Of a DNA stretch of 32,000 nt, positions 29,671 through 32,000 are shown one piece after another. The position numbers and the translations under genes were made by a program. Positions within the stretch are counted from its first letter, which is position 1, and the number at the start of each line of letters is the position of its first letter. The stretch spans positions 737,433 to 769,432 of the forward strand of contig CAWFPR010000005.1 in NCBI GenBank assembly GCA_963817635.1, given 5' to 3'. This DNA comes from an uncultured Acidobacteriota bacterium (GTDB lineage: Bacteria; Acidobacteriota; Vicinamibacteria; Vicinamibacterales; 2-12-FULL-66-21). The notes below the pieces were generated by a model. The model made no database searches and was not told the origin of the DNA. It was given only the letters and a program-made list of their open reading frames with translations.

Positions 29671-32000
29671 TCCGGCGCGACGAATCACTCGAGTATCACG
29701 GCGGCCACCGCCCGGGAAGGTCGAGCTGCGCGCGACGAAGCCCTGCCTGACCGCGCGAGAGCTTCGCCTCGCGTACCTGCCGGGGGCGACGTTCGCCTGC
29801 GAGGCCATTGTGGCGGAGGCGGAGGCCGTGTTCCGCTACACCGCACGCGGGAATCTCGTCGCGCTCGTGTCGAACGGATCCGCGGTGCCCGGCCTCGGCG
29901 ACATCGGCCCGCGCGCCGCCAAGCCGATGCAGGAAGGACTGGCGCTCCTCCTGAAACGCCTGTCCGACATCGACGTCTTCGATCTCGAGCTCGACGCGAA
30001 CGACCCCGAATCGATTCGTCGAGACGGTCCGAGTCCTCGGGTCGGGGTTCGGCGCGATCGTGCTCAAGGACATCCGTGCGCCGGAGGGACTCGCCATCTA
30101 CGAGCGGCTCGTGCCACTGCTCACCATCCCGGTGTTCCACGAGAACCTGCAGAGCACCGCCGTCGTGGCGGCGGCCGCGCTGTCCAACGCGCTCGACCTG
30201 GTAGACAAGGCGGTGAGCGCCGCGCGCGTCGTGATCTGCGGCGCTGGCACCATCGGCATCGGCTGCGCCCGGCTGCTACGCCAGCTCGGCGTGGGCGGCG
30301 AGCACCTGCTGATCTATGACGTCAACGGCCTCCTTCATGCGGACCGCGACGACCTGACCGTCTACCAGCGGGAATTCGCCATCGCGGACCCCCGCCGCAC
30401 GCTCGCCGAGGGCCTCGGCGGCGCGGACGTGTTCGTCGGCGCCTCGGTCGGCGGAGTGCTGTCGCAGCAGATGATCCGGTCGATGGCGCGTTTCCCGATC
30501 GTGTTCTCCCTCGCGACGCCGGTGCCGGAGATCGCGTACGAGGACGCCAGGGCGAGTCGCCGCGACGCCATCGTCGCCACCGCGCTGTCCCAGATGCCCA
30601 ATGCGATCGTCGATCACCTGTGCGTCCCGTATGTGTTGCGTGGCGCGCTCGACGTGCAGGCGACGCGCATCACCGACGGGATGCTGCTGGCGGCCGCGGG
30701 TGCGCTCGCGGACCTTGCCCGCGAGGAGGTCGTGGACGAGGTGAGCCGCGCCTACGGACGGGAGCGCTTCAGCTTCGGCCCCGAGTACCTGCTCCCGAAG
30801 GCCATCGACCCGCGCATCCTGGTGCGCGAGTCCTCCGCGGTGGCCCGCCAGGCGGTCGCGGAAGGCGTCGCCCGCCGGCCGCTCGAGATGGAGCCGTACC
30901 AGGAGAGCCTGCGCATCCGTCTCGGCACCGGCGGTGAGCTGATGCGCCGCCTGGTCGTGAAGGCCCGTCACGAACGCCCGCGCGTCGTGTTCCCGGAGGG
31001 AGCGACCGAGACCGTGCTGCGCGCGGCCGCGATCCTGGCCGACGAAGGGATCGCGCGCCCCATCCTGCTCGGCGACGACGGAGAGATCCGCGGCTTGGTC
31101 GAGCGGCTGGGGCTCGACGCTGCCGGGCTGGTCGTGGTGATCCGGCCCGCAGCACGCGGAGGGATGCCTACGCGCGAGCAGTACTTCCGGATCCGCCGCC
31201 GCCGCGGCGTCATGCAGTCCACCGCGGTCGATCGGCTGCGCCAGCCTGAGTACTTCGGGGCCATGATGCTGCGCGGGGGCGACGCTGAAATGATGGTCTC
31301 CGGGTTTGCCGCGCACTATGCCGACTCGCTCCGGATGATCCTGGAGGTGTCGGCACGGCGCCGCGCGTGCGCCGGATCTCCAGCCACTACATGGTGCTCC
31401 TGCCGCGAGACGTGTACTTCCTCGCCGACTGCGCGGTCAACATCGAGCCGACGGCCGAAGACCTGGCTGAGATCGCGCTGCTGACGCCGACTGCGTGCGC
31501 ACGCTCGGTCTCGAGCCGCGCGTGGCGATGCTGTCGTTCTCGAACTTCGGCAGCGTCGACCACGCGTTCGCGCGCCGGGTCCGGCGGGCCACCGAGCTGG
31601 TGAAGCAGCGGGCGCCCGACCTCATCGTGGACGGCGAGATGCAGATGGCGACAGCGCTCAATCCACAGGTCCGCCACGAGTACTTCCCGTTCTGCGAGCT
31701 CGGGAACAACGCCAACGTGCTCGTGTTCCCGGATCTCCAGTCGGGCAACCTGGCGATGCAGCTCATCACCCACATGGGAGACGCGGTGGTGGTCGGGCCC
31801 GTGCTGATGGGGACGCGGCTGCCCGCGCACCTGATCCAGTACGGCAGCTCGGTGCAGGATCTGGTCAACCTGACCGCGGCGGGCATCGTCCACGCCGTGG
31901 GGTCCCGAATCGGAAGCATCCGCCGTCGCACGGCCGCTCCTCCTGTCGCCGAACGCGGATCAGCCAGTCAGCGTCGAGCCGTCGTAGAACACGGCAGGGG
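29667..32000 (+). pseudogene. maeB: NADP-dependent malic enzyme, MaeB type (malic enzyme plus PTA-like domain); at least 4 frame breaks; 3' end unresolved
   Basis: EYHGGHRPGKVELRATKPCLTARELRLAYLPGA, VSNGSAVPGLGDIGP, AIVLKDIRAPE, ICGAGTIGIG, then a PTA-like region (VVFPEGATETVLRAA, FLADCAVNIEPTAEDLAEIA, VAMLSFSNFGS, VFPDLQSGNLA). Frames go 3->2 (~29711-29716), 2->3 (~30008), 3->2 (~31350) and 2->1 (~31486). There is no in-frame stop before the window edge. ATG 29667 overlaps the upstream stop (ATGA), and AGGAGG lies 5 nt upstream. Confidence 0.88.

Noticed and set aside
31961-32000. Possible 3' end of a convergent minus-strand gene (...PAVFYDGSTLTG*, stop TCA 31961-31963).
   Set aside because: Only 13 codons are visible, and the maeB frame is still open across them. 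This is too little sequence to support a feature.
1-32000. Search for CRISPR arrays, tRNA/rRNA genes, IS elements, integrases, or flanking direct repeats around the TIR-RyR cassette.
   Set aside because: I saw no regularly spaced repeats, no cloverleaf-like or rRNA-like stretches in the short intergenic regions, and no transposase or integrase motifs in any frame. The spacers flanking the cassette (11800-11909 and 13576-13746) share only a trivial TTCTAT hexamer, so mobility cannot be claimed.

Overview
This is a GC-rich bacterial chromosomal segment (about two-thirds G+C by eye, not computed). The gene content resembles soil Acidobacteriota or Gemmatimonadota genomes, but that is only a guess. 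From left to right the window holds:
- the 3' part of a GH94 glycoside phosphorylase / glucan synthase-type gene;
- an ackA-xfp-histidine phosphatase operon (phosphoketolase route);
- a multiply frame-broken M61 peptidase;
- prfC;
- a DUF2490-like outer-membrane protein;
- a bacteriohemerythrin;
- a minus-strand two-gene cassette encoding a 455-aa multi-module TIR protein plus a 94-aa stand-alone RyR-domain protein, which is my best candidate for an undescribed conflict or signalling system;
- a large PIG-L/LmbE-type deacetylase;
- a small membrane protein;
- a GH15 glucoamylase, followed by a 0.76-kb mosaic of gene remnants (dedA 3' half, a pgi piece, and the 3' end of a second GH15 gene);
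- a birA-oadG-oadA-oadB operon;
- two large uncharacterised genes. The second places a phosphohistidine swivel domain before a C-terminal PPDK_N ATP-grasp domain. That is the domain order of glucan-water dikinases, not of PEP synthase. Its stop overlaps the start of maeB.

I recognised no rRNA, tRNA, CRISPR array, transposase or integrase. About 14 reading-frame breaks interrupt otherwise well-conserved genes, so the assembly is probably indel-noisy, or else the locus is decaying. Coordinates for disrupted genes are full-span estimates obtained by following homology across frames.
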